Positions 36,813 to 45,884 of a stretch of DNA of 64,000 nt are shown here, in pieces. The notes beneath the pieces are model-generated. The model saw only the letters and a list, made by a program, of their open reading frames with translations, did no database searches and was not told the origin of the DNA. Origin of the DNA: a virus. Its lineage: Duplodnaviria > Caudoviricetes. How positions within the stretch are numbered: the first letter of the stretch is position 1; every line of letters begins with the position of its first letter. Made by a program: the position numbers and the translations under genes. The stretch spans positions 712-64,711 of IMG/VR virus record IMGVR_UViG_3300033075_000708. One strand, 5' to 3'.

Positions 36813-37385
36813 ATGTACATCATGGTTACCACGAAATGCCTTCGGTGCGACAACCCCGTTCACACCACACCAGCCAGGCAAGCGGCTGGCAGGGGTAAAT
36901 ACTGCTCCAAAGAGTGCTACAGGATCAGCAAGGTCAAGCATCTTGGTAGCATTGAGGGTGTTTGTCCTAACTGCAAAGAGGTCAGGCCGATTGAGCAGTT
37001 TCAACTAGAGAGAGGGTTGAGACATGGATGGTGCCGCGTCTGCCAAAGAGAGCGGAGCAGAAAAGACTCCCGCCGCGTCCACTTCAGGTGGTTGAAAGGG
37101 AAATCGATAGCCAAAAAGAGGGGACTGACCTGGGAGATATCCGAAGATGAGTACATCAGGTTGTCATCCGAAAAATGCCACTACTGCTCAGATGACCTTC
37201 CTAATACCGGGATAGGATTGGACAGGATGGACAACAACTACGGCTACGTTGGCACCAACGTGGTGCCATGCTGCACGACATGCAACTTAGCCAGGGGCGA
37301 TCATTTTAGCTACCAAGAGATGATCACCCATATTGCACCAGCAATCAGGATGGTCAAGACCATCAGGAAGGCCAATGATGGATGA
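36813..37385 (+). CDS. HNH (endonuclease VII-like) homing endonuclease
   Basis: CHYC...GLDRMDNNYGY..TNVVPCCTTCN. Confidence 0.85.
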   Translation: MYIMVTTKCLRCDNPVHTTPARQAAGRGKYCSKECYRISKVKHLGSIEGVCPNCKEVRPIEQFQLERGLRHGWCRVCQRERSRKDSRRVHFRWLKGKSIAKKRGLTWEISEDEYIRLSSEKCHYCSDDLPNTGIGLDRMDNNYGYVGTNVVPCCTTCNLARGDHFSYQEMITHIAPAIRMVKTIRKANDG

Positions 37386-37581
37386 GCAACCCTTGTGCAA
37401 CTGTCCCGACTGGCGTCTTTGTCAAAAACTGAAAAAGCACATCAACGGCAGGCTCTGGGAGATATGGAACGGCACCAACATTGACGCCAAGACGGCCCAG
37501 CTTTACCGCAACGTGTGGCTCAGGAAGGCCGGACTCGACAGCGAGGTCAAGGCAACCGGGGGCTGTGGTTGCGGCAAATGA
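37375..37581 (+). CDS. Small Cys-rich protein homologous to the N-terminus of the GT9-like protein
   Basis: CNC...C..LKKHINGRLWEI; ends GCGCGK. Confidence 0.7.
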   Translation: MMDEQPLCNCPDWRLCQKLKKHINGRLWEIWNGTNIDAKTAQLYRNVWLRKAGLDSEVKATGGCGCGK

Positions 37582-39168
37582 TCAGGGCTTGCGGCAGACC
37601 ATCAGGGGCCAGTCGTACTTGTCTAGGTAGGAGTTGGGGTGGTCCCTCAGGGCCTCTTCCAGATCAGGAGCCGGTTCCCAGCCGGCGGCGGTCGCATGCT
37701 CCACCCACCACGCCATCGGCTTGATACAGATGTGGGTGGCGTCCTCGTACCGCATGTCCCTCTTCTGGGCGGCGTACAGTTCCTCCGTGTCAAAAGCGGC
37801 GAACATGCAACCGCCCCTCTTGGTCACACGGAACAACTCCTTCAGAATAAAGGGCACAAGCTCGGGCTTGAAGTGTTCAAAGACGTTGTTGGAGTGGATG
37901 CAGTCGAACGTCCCGTCCGTCCAGTAGTGCAGGTTGGTGGCGTCACAGATTTTCAGGGTGTGTTCCAGCCACTTCTCCCGGCCCATGCGGATCATATGTT
38001 CGTTGCAATCCACGCCGCTGACGAAGGCCCCCGCCTTAGCCAGGCCCGCCGCTATGGAGCCGGCGGCACAGCCCACGTCGAGCAGGGTCTTGTTCTTCAG
38101 CCCCAGGGCGTCGATAAGCCACCTGCCGTACTTGATCTGCCAGTCGCCGTGGCCCAGGTAGTCCAGGCCAGCCTGCTTGTGCTGCTCGTAGTAGTCGCGG
38201 TCGTAGGCGGTCGCCGTGAGGATGTGTGAGTCGGCCATCGGGTTTATGGGTATTCCCATCTCCTTTGCCAGCACCATCTTGATGCTGTTGGTTAGTTGCA
38301 GGTTGGGGTTGTACAGTTGGTGCCTGTACATCTTGAGGAAGAACTCCTCGGCCTGTTCGCGGTTGCCACGGAGCAACTCAGGGTGCTTGTGGGGGACGAG
38401 GTGGATTGCGTGATCCGCCCGGTCGCAGTAGTGGTAGGGGTGGTGTCCCGTCCACACGGCCACGGTCGGCGTGTTGGTCGAGAAAGCGATCTTCTGGGGG
38501 CCGCTGTCGATAGCGACGATGGCAGACGCCTTGTGCATGAGGGCGGCAATCGTCTCGGCGTCCCCGGTCCCGAAGTTCATCCACAGGGGGTTGTCCGCCC
38601 CTGGGCAGAACACACTCTTGTTGTCCGGCAGCGGGCTGCGGCGGTCCCAGTCGAGGACGACCGGGTTGAAGTCCTCGCTGAGGAGCCACTTGCAGACGCC
38701 GTCGATGGCTTCGTGCGAGAGGTTCTTGTTGGCCGTAGAGGTATTGCCCTCGTAGTGGATCAGGACGAAACCCCTCTTCTTGGGCAGGGTAGCCAGGTAG
38801 ACCCTGACCCTCTCCTCGGCCTCAGGCCCCACGTTGACTTGGTAGGACAGCCAGTCCCACCTCGGCTCAAGGTGGAAGACGTTCCTGATGCACTGGACGG
38901 TCTTCGTCCCCGGCAGGTTATCGTAGGAACCCCAGCACTCGTCCCAGGGGTGGTCGAGGACCAGGCCGTCGCCGGTCGGCGGCTTGCCCGAGTCCAGATC
39001 GTAGACGGCATCCGCCAGGCCCTTGAACGCGGTGTGTTTGCCCCTCAGTGCGGCCACATGCTGCTCTTGGTCGTGCATGTAGCCCTTGAGGTGTTTGATG
39101 ACCGCCGTGAACTGCACGGAGTCGCCCATGCCGTGCTTGAACCTGTGCAGGACTTTTGTCTTAACCAC
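37582..39168 (-). CDS. GT9-like glycosyltransferase fused to a class I SAM methyltransferase
   Basis: HGMGDSV, AIDSGP...A...PTVAVW; LDVGCAAG, DATNL, FDCIHSNNVFEH. Confidence 0.82.
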   Translation of the reverse strand: MVKTKVLHRFKHGMGDSVQFTAVIKHLKGYMHDQEQHVAALRGKHTAFKGLADAVYDLDSGKPPTGDGLVLDHPWDECWGSYDNLPGTKTVQCIRNVFHLEPRWDWLSYQVNVGPEAEERVRVYLATLPKKRGFVLIHYEGNTSTANKNLSHEAIDGVCKWLLSEDFNPVVLDWDRRSPLPDNKSVFCPGADNPLWMNFGTGDAETIAALMHKASAIVAIDSGPQKIAFSTNTPTVAVWTGHHPYHYCDRADHAIHLVPHKHPELLRGNREQAEEFFLKMYRHQLYNPNLQLTNSIKMVLAKEMGIPINPMADSHILTATAYDRDYYEQHKQAGLDYLGHGDWQIKYGRWLIDALGLKNKTLLDVGCAAGSIAAGLAKAGAFVSGVDCNEHMIRMGREKWLEHTLKICDATNLHYWTDGTFDCIHSNNVFEHFKPELVPFILKELFRVTKRGGCMFAAFDTEELYAAQKRDMRYEDATHICIKPMAWWVEHATAAGWEPAPDLEEALRDHPNSYLDKYDWPLMVCRKP

Positions 39169-39716
39169 GATCTTGCTCCTTGATGACCATCAGCCATCCC
39201 CTTGAGCAGTTCTCGTCGGGCCGGCTGGTCGCTACGAAATGATAATGCGGCAGCCCACGGACGGCGGCGACGATCTCGGCCAGGTTGGGGAACTCGGGGT
39301 TGTTTGTGTCATGGAAGAAAAGAAAACCCCCCCGGCCTGGTGATCCTCAACTGGTGGTCGAGCCAGCGATTCGTATTTCGGTGGTCCGCATCTGACACCA
39401 CGATGTCGTAACTATGGGTGGGGCAGGACTTCACATAGTCCTCTTCGTGACTAACCACCACCCTGGCCCCCCGTTCAACAATATGCCGGATGTGCGGCGG
39501 CTCGTTGCCACCGTTGTCATACCAGTCATCGACGCAGGTCAGCAAGCCCCTGCCGTTGTGAGCCAGAGCATCGAGGATGACCTCGGTGGTGTAGCCAGGC
39601 CCGATACCCAATTCAAAGACGGACTGCGGCTTGAGAGACAGGACGACCCCAGCCAGAAGCACGGCGTGCGGCAGGTCTACACTGAACGGGTGCGATGCGG
39701 ATTCAACGGTGAACAT
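39161..39716 (-). pseudogene. Class I (Methyltransf_24-like) methyltransferase frameshifted at a G7 run (39327-39333)
   Basis: FELGIGPGY, VSDADH; removing one G restores PGGFLFFHDT and a TAA overlapping the next start. Confidence 0.75.
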
Positions 39717-39730
39717 GGCCTAGGAGAGTT

Positions 39731-39995
39731 ATGAAGATTGCGATTGTCACGGCCTGGAACGAGGCGATGAGGGAGGTGGCCGAGGTCACGATCCCCAACC
39801 GCGAGAAGTACTGCAAGGCTTACGGCCTCAGAGGGACTTCAACAGCTTCCTCTACGAATACTACCCCAGGCTGAACTGCCCCGAGGGGCAGTTCAGCCTG
39901 GGGACTTCGTGCTTCACCTGCCGTCGATGAGGAACGAAGAGAGAGTTCACGTCCTCACGACTTACCTCCCGCAAGTTTCCGAGCCTCGGCCATAA
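39731..39995 (+). pseudogene. GT34 (MNN10/GMA12-like) glycosyltransferase remnant with internal deletion and a further frameshift
   Basis: MKIAIVT...NREKYCKAYG, then QRDFNS..., then (Q)PGDFVLHLP in different frames. Confidence 0.65.
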
Positions 39996-42984
39996 CCTCA
40001 TCAAACCTCTTGTCCCCCAACTTGGCGATGGTCTTCACCCTGGTCGGGTTGGCAATCACGTCCTTGACGTTCCTGATGCCGGCGTTGTGCAGTGCCTTGG
40101 CCTTGGCCCCGCCGATGTGCGGCAACTGGCACAGGTAGACGAGGTGTTCGCTGACGCCGTACTGGACCCTCAGACCCAGCCTCTTGAAGAACTCCCGTTT
40201 GTCCCATTTGCCGCTGTAGCTGTCCAGGGTCTGAAGTACCTGGGCCACCCTGGGGAAATCGGACTGGATCGTCCGGGTCATGCTGGCGAAGGTCTGGTTG
40301 TGGAAACCTTGGAGCAGCATGTAGTAGGCGAAGCCGGCCTTCACGGCTGATTCAAACACGGTCCCCTCGCCCAGACGGGCCTTGACCATGTTGGCGTAGC
40401 GGCTCATCTCCTCTCGCTCGGCCTTGGACACGATCCCCATACGGTAGGTGTCGGTGTTACCCAGGGCCATGCTGAGGGCGACATCGTCCCTCTGCTCGCC
40501 GTCGAAGTACAGGGTCAGGTTCTTCCTCAGGTCCGACACGTCGAACGGCGTGAAGTAGAACAGGCTCGCCACCTTGCCGATGCCGCTGGCCTTGAGCTTG
40601 CCCTCCTCCTCGCGGACGGCACCGCACTTCCTGAGTAGTTCCACGACGCCGTCCACCACGGCGTCGTCCATTTCGTGGCTCTGGAAGCTCGCCAGGGTGC
40701 GACCGTACCAGTGCCTCACGTCGTCCCGTTCCGTCACCTTCTCGCGGGCGATCTCGTTGATCAAGTGGAACGCCAGGGTCTTGTGCTTGCCGTTGACATC
40801 GGCCAGCATCTGCGACTCGATGCGATCCTGCCTCTTGAGCCTGTTCTTGTGGTAGTCGAACTTAGATTCTGGCAGCAGGACGTAGGCGTCCCCCATCGGG
40901 TCGTATTTGGGTCTGCCGGCACGGCCCACCTCCTGGCCGATGTCGTAAGTCGCAACCTCGCTCATGCCCCGGTGGACGCCCAGGACGATGACGCGGCGGG
41001 CCGGGGTGTTGACGCCCCAGGCCAGGGTGGAGGTGGCGACGAGGTACTTGAAGTCGGGGTCTTTCTTGAATCGGTTTTCCAGATCCCGACGCTTGTCCTT
41101 GACCAGATCGGCGTTGTGGAACTCGCAGGCCAGGCCGCTCCTGGCGATGGCCTGCTTCATCAGTTCGCCGGTCCTCTTGGTGTGGGCGAAAATGAGGAAC
41201 TTGTCCTGAGGGTAGTACTCGATGATCTGCATCGCGTAGTCCACCTTCTGAAGCTCGTTCTCCTCGTATGACTGTTCCCCGTCGTAGTACTTCTCGTAGT
41301 GGATGTTGAGCGGGCAGGGGCGGTAGCTCGACACCAGCAGGCGGGTGTCCTTGCCGGTGAGGCTGTACGCCACCCAGTCGCTGATCTCGTCCACGTTGGG
41401 CATCGTCGCACTAAGGAGGACCAGCCTGGCCTTGGGTGCCAGTTCGGTCAACCTCATGAGGCCGGCCTCCAGGCGGTCGCCACGCCCTGGGACGGTCAGC
41501 AGGTGGCTTTCGTCCACGACCAGGGTGCCGATGTCGGCCAGGTAGCCGCACTTGTCCTCGTTGAAGTTGCGGGACTGGCTGTCCAGCATCTCCGAGGTCA
41601 TCATGATCAGTTGGGCGTTCTCAAGCTCCTTCCGCCTCTTGGGGGTGATGCGGTAGTCGCCGGTGCAGATCGACAGGTCGAGGTCGGAGAAGTGGTGCGT
41701 CTTCTCCGACCAGTCATCGATCTTCTCCTGGGCGAGGCTCCTGAGGGGTGCCAGGTACATGCCCTTGCCGCCACGCTTCCTCACCTCATGGCTGAGGAAC
41801 ATCTCGGCAACGGTGGTATTGTGAGTCACCACGAAGCCATCAGTGATGTACAGGCCATCACCGGAGTCAACCTTGATACACTGACAGGGCTTGATCCCAA
41901 CCTCTTTGATGAGGCGAATCTTCTTCAGAGGGTGGTACTCCTTGCGGGTGTACATCGGCTTTCTTCTAGAGTGGGCACCGAACGGGTTGCGGTCGAGGCC
42001 CACAGTCAGCCTGTAGATGACACGTCCGAACCTAACCTCCCCTTTATGGCGGTAAGTCGTCTTTTCCCTGGTCCTGATCCTCGTAAAGCCTCCCAGAGAG
42101 CGAATCAGGAACGCCACATCCTCTGCCAACTGGCGTGAGGTGGTTTCGTAGGTGGGGCTGCCGCCGCTGCTCATCCCGCCGTCGCTGTCCATAAGCCCCT
42201 GGAGGAGCCGCCACCTCTGATCCACCGACCCATGCAGATAGGCCCAGGGGATGAACTTCTCATGCGAACGAAGGCCGATGAGTTTCATTCGGTTGAGTTC
42301 GTAGATCACCTCGTTCCACTGGCCGTCGCCGGTGATCGAGTAGTCGCACTTCTGTACATGCCTGATGCCGCAACCCTCTGGGAGCAGAGAGGCGATCAGG
42401 TCCAGCACATTCCTGTCAGCGACGGTGATCCGGGCACCGTAACCCAAACCCCCGTCTCCCAGGAGAACTCCGAGGAGATAAGGGTCCAGGCCCAGTGGTC
42501 GTTCAGAGAACTCGACCGGCCCAGGCACAGGCACCTGAAACAGGTCGGGCGTAAAGTTTGCCGCGATATCCCTGAGGGGGACCGTCTTCCAACCACCACT
42601 CTTGGGCCTGATGGTCCACAGGTGGTCCATGCAGCACTGAGTTTCGGTGTCGTCGCTGAAGACGACCCTGAAAACCAATTTGTCGCCCTGTGGGTAGACA
42701 CCCACGACATTGGTGGGCCTGCCGTCCCCGCCGATAACGGCATCTCCCTCCGAGATATTGCCCATCGGGCAGTACCCCTGAGGGGTGAGGACGAGGGCGT
42801 CCAGCGGCTGGGCCTTCCCCGAAGCGGTGGGGCAGGCCACGACAGCCGAAGTCTCTTCGTTGTAAAACTCAAAGACTCGGCTTTGGACCGGGTTGAAGTG
42901 GTCGAAGTCGAACTTTGCGTAGGGGAAAGCGGAGGTGGGGACCAGAGTGTTCTGGTCCCCAACCTTGATCACTGGCGGCATCAC
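39955..42984 (-). CDS. Ski2/Hel308-like SF2 helicase containing an intein
   Basis: PTASGK[intein]T, DESH, LSATM, HNADL, STLAWGVNTPA, QEVGRAGR; C-terminal HhH. Confidence 0.92.
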   Translation of the reverse strand: MMPPVIKVGDQNTLVPTSAFPYAKFDFDHFNPVQSRVFEFYNEETSAVVACPTASGKAQPLDALVLTPQGYCPMGNISEGDAVIGGDGRPTNVVGVYPQGDKLVFRVVFSDDTETQCCMDHLWTIRPKSGGWKTVPLRDIAANFTPDLFQVPVPGPVEFSERPLGLDPYLLGVLLGDGGLGYGARITVADRNVLDLIASLLPEGCGIRHVQKCDYSITGDGQWNEVIYELNRMKLIGLRSHEKFIPWAYLHGSVDQRWRLLQGLMDSDGGMSSGGSPTYETTSRQLAEDVAFLIRSLGGFTRIRTREKTTYRHKGEVRFGRVIYRLTVGLDRNPFGAHSRRKPMYTRKEYHPLKKIRLIKEVGIKPCQCIKVDSGDGLYITDGFVVTHNTTVAEMFLSHEVRKRGGKGMYLAPLRSLAQEKIDDWSEKTHHFSDLDLSICTGDYRITPKRRKELENAQLIMMTSEMLDSQSRNFNEDKCGYLADIGTLVVDESHLLTVPGRGDRLEAGLMRLTELAPKARLVLLSATMPNVDEISDWVAYSLTGKDTRLLVSSYRPCPLNIHYEKYYDGEQSYEENELQKVDYAMQIIEYYPQDKFLIFAHTKRTGELMKQAIARSGLACEFHNADLVKDKRRDLENRFKKDPDFKYLVATSTLAWGVNTPARRVIVLGVHRGMSEVATYDIGQEVGRAGRPKYDPMGDAYVLLPESKFDYHKNRLKRQDRIESQMLADVNGKHKTLAFHLINEIAREKVTERDDVRHWYGRTLASFQSHEMDDAVVDGVVELLRKCGAVREEEGKLKASGIGKVASLFYFTPFDVSDLRKNLTLYFDGEQRDDVALSMALGNTDTYRMGIVSKAEREEMSRYANMVKARLGEGTVFESAVKAGFAYYMLLQGFHNQTFASMTRTIQSDFPRVAQVLQTLDSYSGKWDKREFFKRLGLRVQYGVSEHLVYLCQLPHIGGAKAKALHNAGIRNVKDVIANPTRVKTIAKLGDKRFDEVMAEARKLAGGKS
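41818..42813 (-). mobile_element. Ala-start intein with LAGLIDADG endonuclease in the helicase P-loop (332 aa)
   Basis: Begins AQPLDALVLTP, ends VVTHN followed by T; LGVLLGDG and LQGLMDSDG. Confidence 0.92.
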
Positions 42985-43271
42985 TTACCCTCGATGGGGA
43001 AACCGGCCTTGGGTGTAAGGACCAGTATCTTCCCACCGTGGTTCGTATCTTGCAACTCCAGTTCCCAGCCTCCCCTGCCGTACTTCAGAGCGAACGCCTT
43101 CTCGTCGTCGTCGCTGAAGAGGTAGGGGTTGATGGTCACTTGGAGCGGGGTGAGGGCGTTCCACTTGTCCCTCAGTTCGGAGTCGATGGCTCGCTCCAAA
43201 TCTACGAGGTACTGCTTGTGGCAGCCCTCCTTAGCTAGGAGGGCCTCTTTCACGCTGACTGCCATGTTCAC
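42981..43271 (-). CDS. Hypothetical protein
   Basis: Overlapping start/stop codons with both neighbours. Confidence 0.65.
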   Translation of the reverse strand: MNMAVSVKEALLAKEGCHKQYLVDLERAIDSELRDKWNALTPLQVTINPYLFSDDDEKAFALKYGRGGWELELQDTNHGGKILVLTPKAGFPIEGK

Positions 43272-43525
43272 CTGTGTGGGTTGTCGGCTCTTCGTTTGTA
43301 CTCCCGGTCCAGGGACTCCTGGGCCAGGTCGATCAGGTCGTACAGGTCGCCCGCCGTCTTCGCAGTGTTGAGGAGGCGGTCAACCTCGCCGTTCTTGGAG
43401 AGGGAGTCCAGGGCCTCAGCCAGGTCGGACCCCAGCCTGTTGTTCAGGCGTCCGAGCAGGTAGCGGAGGCTCTCGTCACTTTGACGCGAGGCGTACTCCC
43501 GTAGGATGGTATCAGGCTTACGCAT
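43268..43525 (-). CDS. Hypothetical helical protein
   Basis: ORF starting MRKPDTIL. Confidence 0.6.
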   Translation of the reverse strand: MRKPDTILREYASRQSDESLRYLLGRLNNRLGSDLAEALDSLSKNGEVDRLLNTAKTAGDLYDLIDLAQESLDREYKRRADNPHR

Positions 43526-43895
43526 GGTGGACCTCATGGACATGGTGGGTGTGCTTCGCACGGAACAGTTGGAACGACTCTTAGTGGCTCGGTGGGCCGA
43601 AGTCCTCGACTCAAGAAGGCTCATTGCCTTCACACTTCAGTGTACGCGGGACAATCTCGCAAAACTAACCTCAACGGAAGTGGATGATGAGTTACCTAAG
43701 AGCCAAGTCCAAGTATCAGTCTCCCGTTTTCAGCCTTGCGTAAGCCACTTCACCATCTGGGTGGAGTTCAGCGTGCCCCTGGATGGCCGAACGGCGGTCG
43801 GCACGCATGAGCTTAATCTGAGCCTCGACGGGAGACTGACACACATCAACACAATCGGCAGCCTGTTCGTCCAGGCCGTTAGATCAGTGCCTTGA
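43506..43895 (+). CDS. Hypothetical protein (start uncertain, 43536 or 43542 likely)
   Basis: ORF ends at the hairpin 43893-43919. Confidence 0.55.
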   Translation: MVSGLRMVDLMDMVGVLRTEQLERLLVARWAEVLDSRRLIAFTLQCTRDNLAKLTSTEVDDELPKSQVQVSVSRFQPCVSHFTIWVEFSVPLDGRTAVGTHELNLSLDGRLTHINTIGSLFVQAVRSVP

Positions 43896-43925
43896 TGACC
43901 AGCCAAGGCTGGTCATCAGCACCTC

Positions 43926-44264
43926 TCAGATCACGTCCAGGCGGCGAACCGCCTCGCCTTCATCCGTGACGTATTGGTCCTCAAAGAGGATTGTAGATCC
44001 GTCGTCAGCGAACCGCAACCCTAGGTTATAGGAGTCGAGACTAGCCATGCGGTCCTCCTTGCTGGCGATCACCCAGGAATAGTCCTTAGCCCTCTTCAGG
44101 CTGCCCTCTTCGTCAAGCTGATTGACGCCCATCTCGACCGTGACCCCGTCCGGCAACATGACCTTCAGCGATCCGTGCTTGAGTAGGTGGTTGATGATGA
44201 GGGCCTGTAGCCTGCTGTTGGAGTGCTTGCCGTTTGGGGCGGCGGTGTCGATCTGCTCTCTCAT
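43926..44264 (-). CDS. Hypothetical protein
   Basis: AGAGGA SD; ORF. Confidence 0.65.
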   Translation of the reverse strand: MREQIDTAAPNGKHSNSRLQALIINHLLKHGSLKVMLPDGVTVEMGVNQLDEEGSLKRAKDYSWVIASKEDRMASLDSYNLGLRFADDGSTILFEDQYVTDEGEAVRRLDVI

Positions 44265-44348
44265 GGCGGTATCCTCTTTCTGGGACTCTTCCGGCGGAAG
44301 CGGCCATCCAGAGGTATGTATGCGGGCAGCCCCAGCCCTGGTCCCAGG

Positions 44349-44840
44349 TCAGTAGAAATTGACCCCCGCCGGGTCGAGCCTCTCAAACTCCCAGCCCTCA
44401 AACGTGTCCGTCGTGCTTTTCACCTTCGTCGGGTTCGGGATGGGCTTGCCGTCGCCGTCCTCGTAGCCGGTCCAGCAGTAGTGCTTCTGGCCGTCCTTGA
44501 CGAAGTCGATGTAGCCCACGTTCTCGTCGCCCAGGAACGCCCTGGCGATCTTCACCACCACGTTGAAAGGCAGGAACGACCCGTACTTGCTGTGGATCTG
44601 GAGGCTCGTCAGGTAGTACGGGTTCTGCGACTCGTAGAACCCCTTCGTCAGGTGGAGGATCACCTCGTAGCCGTCCACATAGACCGTGTTCAACTTCAGT
44701 TGGTTGATGTCCTCCTCGTACTCGGGTCTAACCAGCGGCACCGTGTAGGGGACCAACGCCCTCGCCAGGCCGCTCATCCGGCGGACGATCTCGTCCAGCG
44801 TCTCGACGTAAGCCTGGCTCGACTCCAGCTTCACTCCCAT
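44349..44840 (-). CDS. Hypothetical protein
   Basis: GGAGGTGAGG SD; ORF. Confidence 0.7.
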   Translation of the reverse strand: MGVKLESSQAYVETLDEIVRRMSGLARALVPYTVPLVRPEYEEDINQLKLNTVYVDGYEVILHLTKGFYESQNPYYLTSLQIHSKYGSFLPFNVVVKIARAFLGDENVGYIDFVKDGQKHYCWTGYEDGDGKPIPNPTKVKSTTDTFEGWEFERLDPAGVNFY

Positions 44841-45813
44841 GCCTCACCTCCAGAACCGATTTCACAATCCTCGCGGCCTGCCCCAGGGCCGCAGACCTCG
44901 CCTCGCACGACCAGGGTCCGCCCATGCCGTCCGACTGGTTGGACCACCACCTCAGGGCGAGCCACTCCCTGACACGCGACAGGACCGGGCACAACCTTAC
45001 CCTGCCGTCGAAGCCCAGGAAACGCCAAACGTCGTCCGGGTCGAGCCACAGGAACGAACTCCAGGGGTCGCCGTCCTGATACGGCCTGGGCCAACCCCGG
45101 CAGATCGCCCTCTCCATGAAGTGGAGGCACAGGACGACCCAGTTGAACGCCCCCTCGGGGTCCAGGCACGCCTTCTCGTCCATGATCCTGAACTCCATCG
45201 CCTTCCGCCTGCCGGCCACCAGATGGAAGGTGTTGGCGGTCCAGTACTTGGAGCCGCCCATGAATGAGATCAGCCCGTAGGGGTCGATATCCCTGTCGTG
45301 GGCGAAGTAGTCGGTCAGGCCGGCCTGGCGGCAGTACCTGTTCATCTTCCGCCGGTTGGGCATGGCCGCGAGCAGGGTCGCCTCGCACTTGACCCACCAG
45401 GCCAGGATGGTTCCGATGGACTCGCCGGACAGGTCTTCGACGCCGGCGTGGACGTGGAAGGAGCAGCGGTCGTCGGCCTCGATCAGGGGGTCTTCGGCAA
45501 GCCTCCCGATGACCCCGCAGACGTGGCGTATCCCCCTGATGCCCCTGAGGACAGGGGAGCAGACCTCCATACCGCAGCTTCCGTCCGGCTTGACGACCCA
45601 GAAGGAATTATGGTGCGTCGGACCCCACTTTCTGATCTCGATGTAACTCTTAGTATATTGGGCCACTAAATTGCCGACGTGGTCGATCCCTTCGGGCAAC
45701 TTGCCATCCACTTCGGGGGAATCCCTGCCATCAAGAGCGTTCAACTCGATCTCCGTCCCGAAGGGGCGGGTGCTGTCAAACATCATCACAGGCAGTTGGC
45801 CGCTCATCTTCAT
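44728..45813 (-). CDS. Putative amidoligase (COOH-NH2 ligase type 2)
   Basis: FGTEIEL, WVVKPDGS, EVCSPVL, CSFHVH, KY...N, MEFR. Confidence 0.8.
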   Translation of the reverse strand: MKMSGQLPVMMFDSTRPFGTEIELNALDGRDSPEVDGKLPEGIDHVGNLVAQYTKSYIEIRKWGPTHHNSFWVVKPDGSCGMEVCSPVLRGIRGIRHVCGVIGRLAEDPLIEADDRCSFHVHAGVEDLSGESIGTILAWWVKCEATLLAAMPNRRKMNRYCRQAGLTDYFAHDRDIDPYGLISFMGGSKYWTANTFHLVAGRRKAMEFRIMDEKACLDPEGAFNWVVLCLHFMERAICRGWPRPYQDGDPWSSFLWLDPDDVWRFLGFDGRVRLCPVLSRVREWLALRWWSNQSDGMGGPWSCEARSAALGQAARIVKSVLEVRHGSEAGVEPGLRRDAGRDRPPDERPGEGVGPLHGAAG

Positions 45814-45884
45814 CTCCCCATCCCATTCTACCCCCGCCCCATAGCCTGGCCCTGCCCGGTTACAATCTGTCAGGAGGATATCCC

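Noticed and set aside
45811-45860. Third pentamer-periodic G-rich tract
   Set aside because: Period breaks after three units and it lacks the GGAAAGGCTT end; probably just a G-rich promoter region
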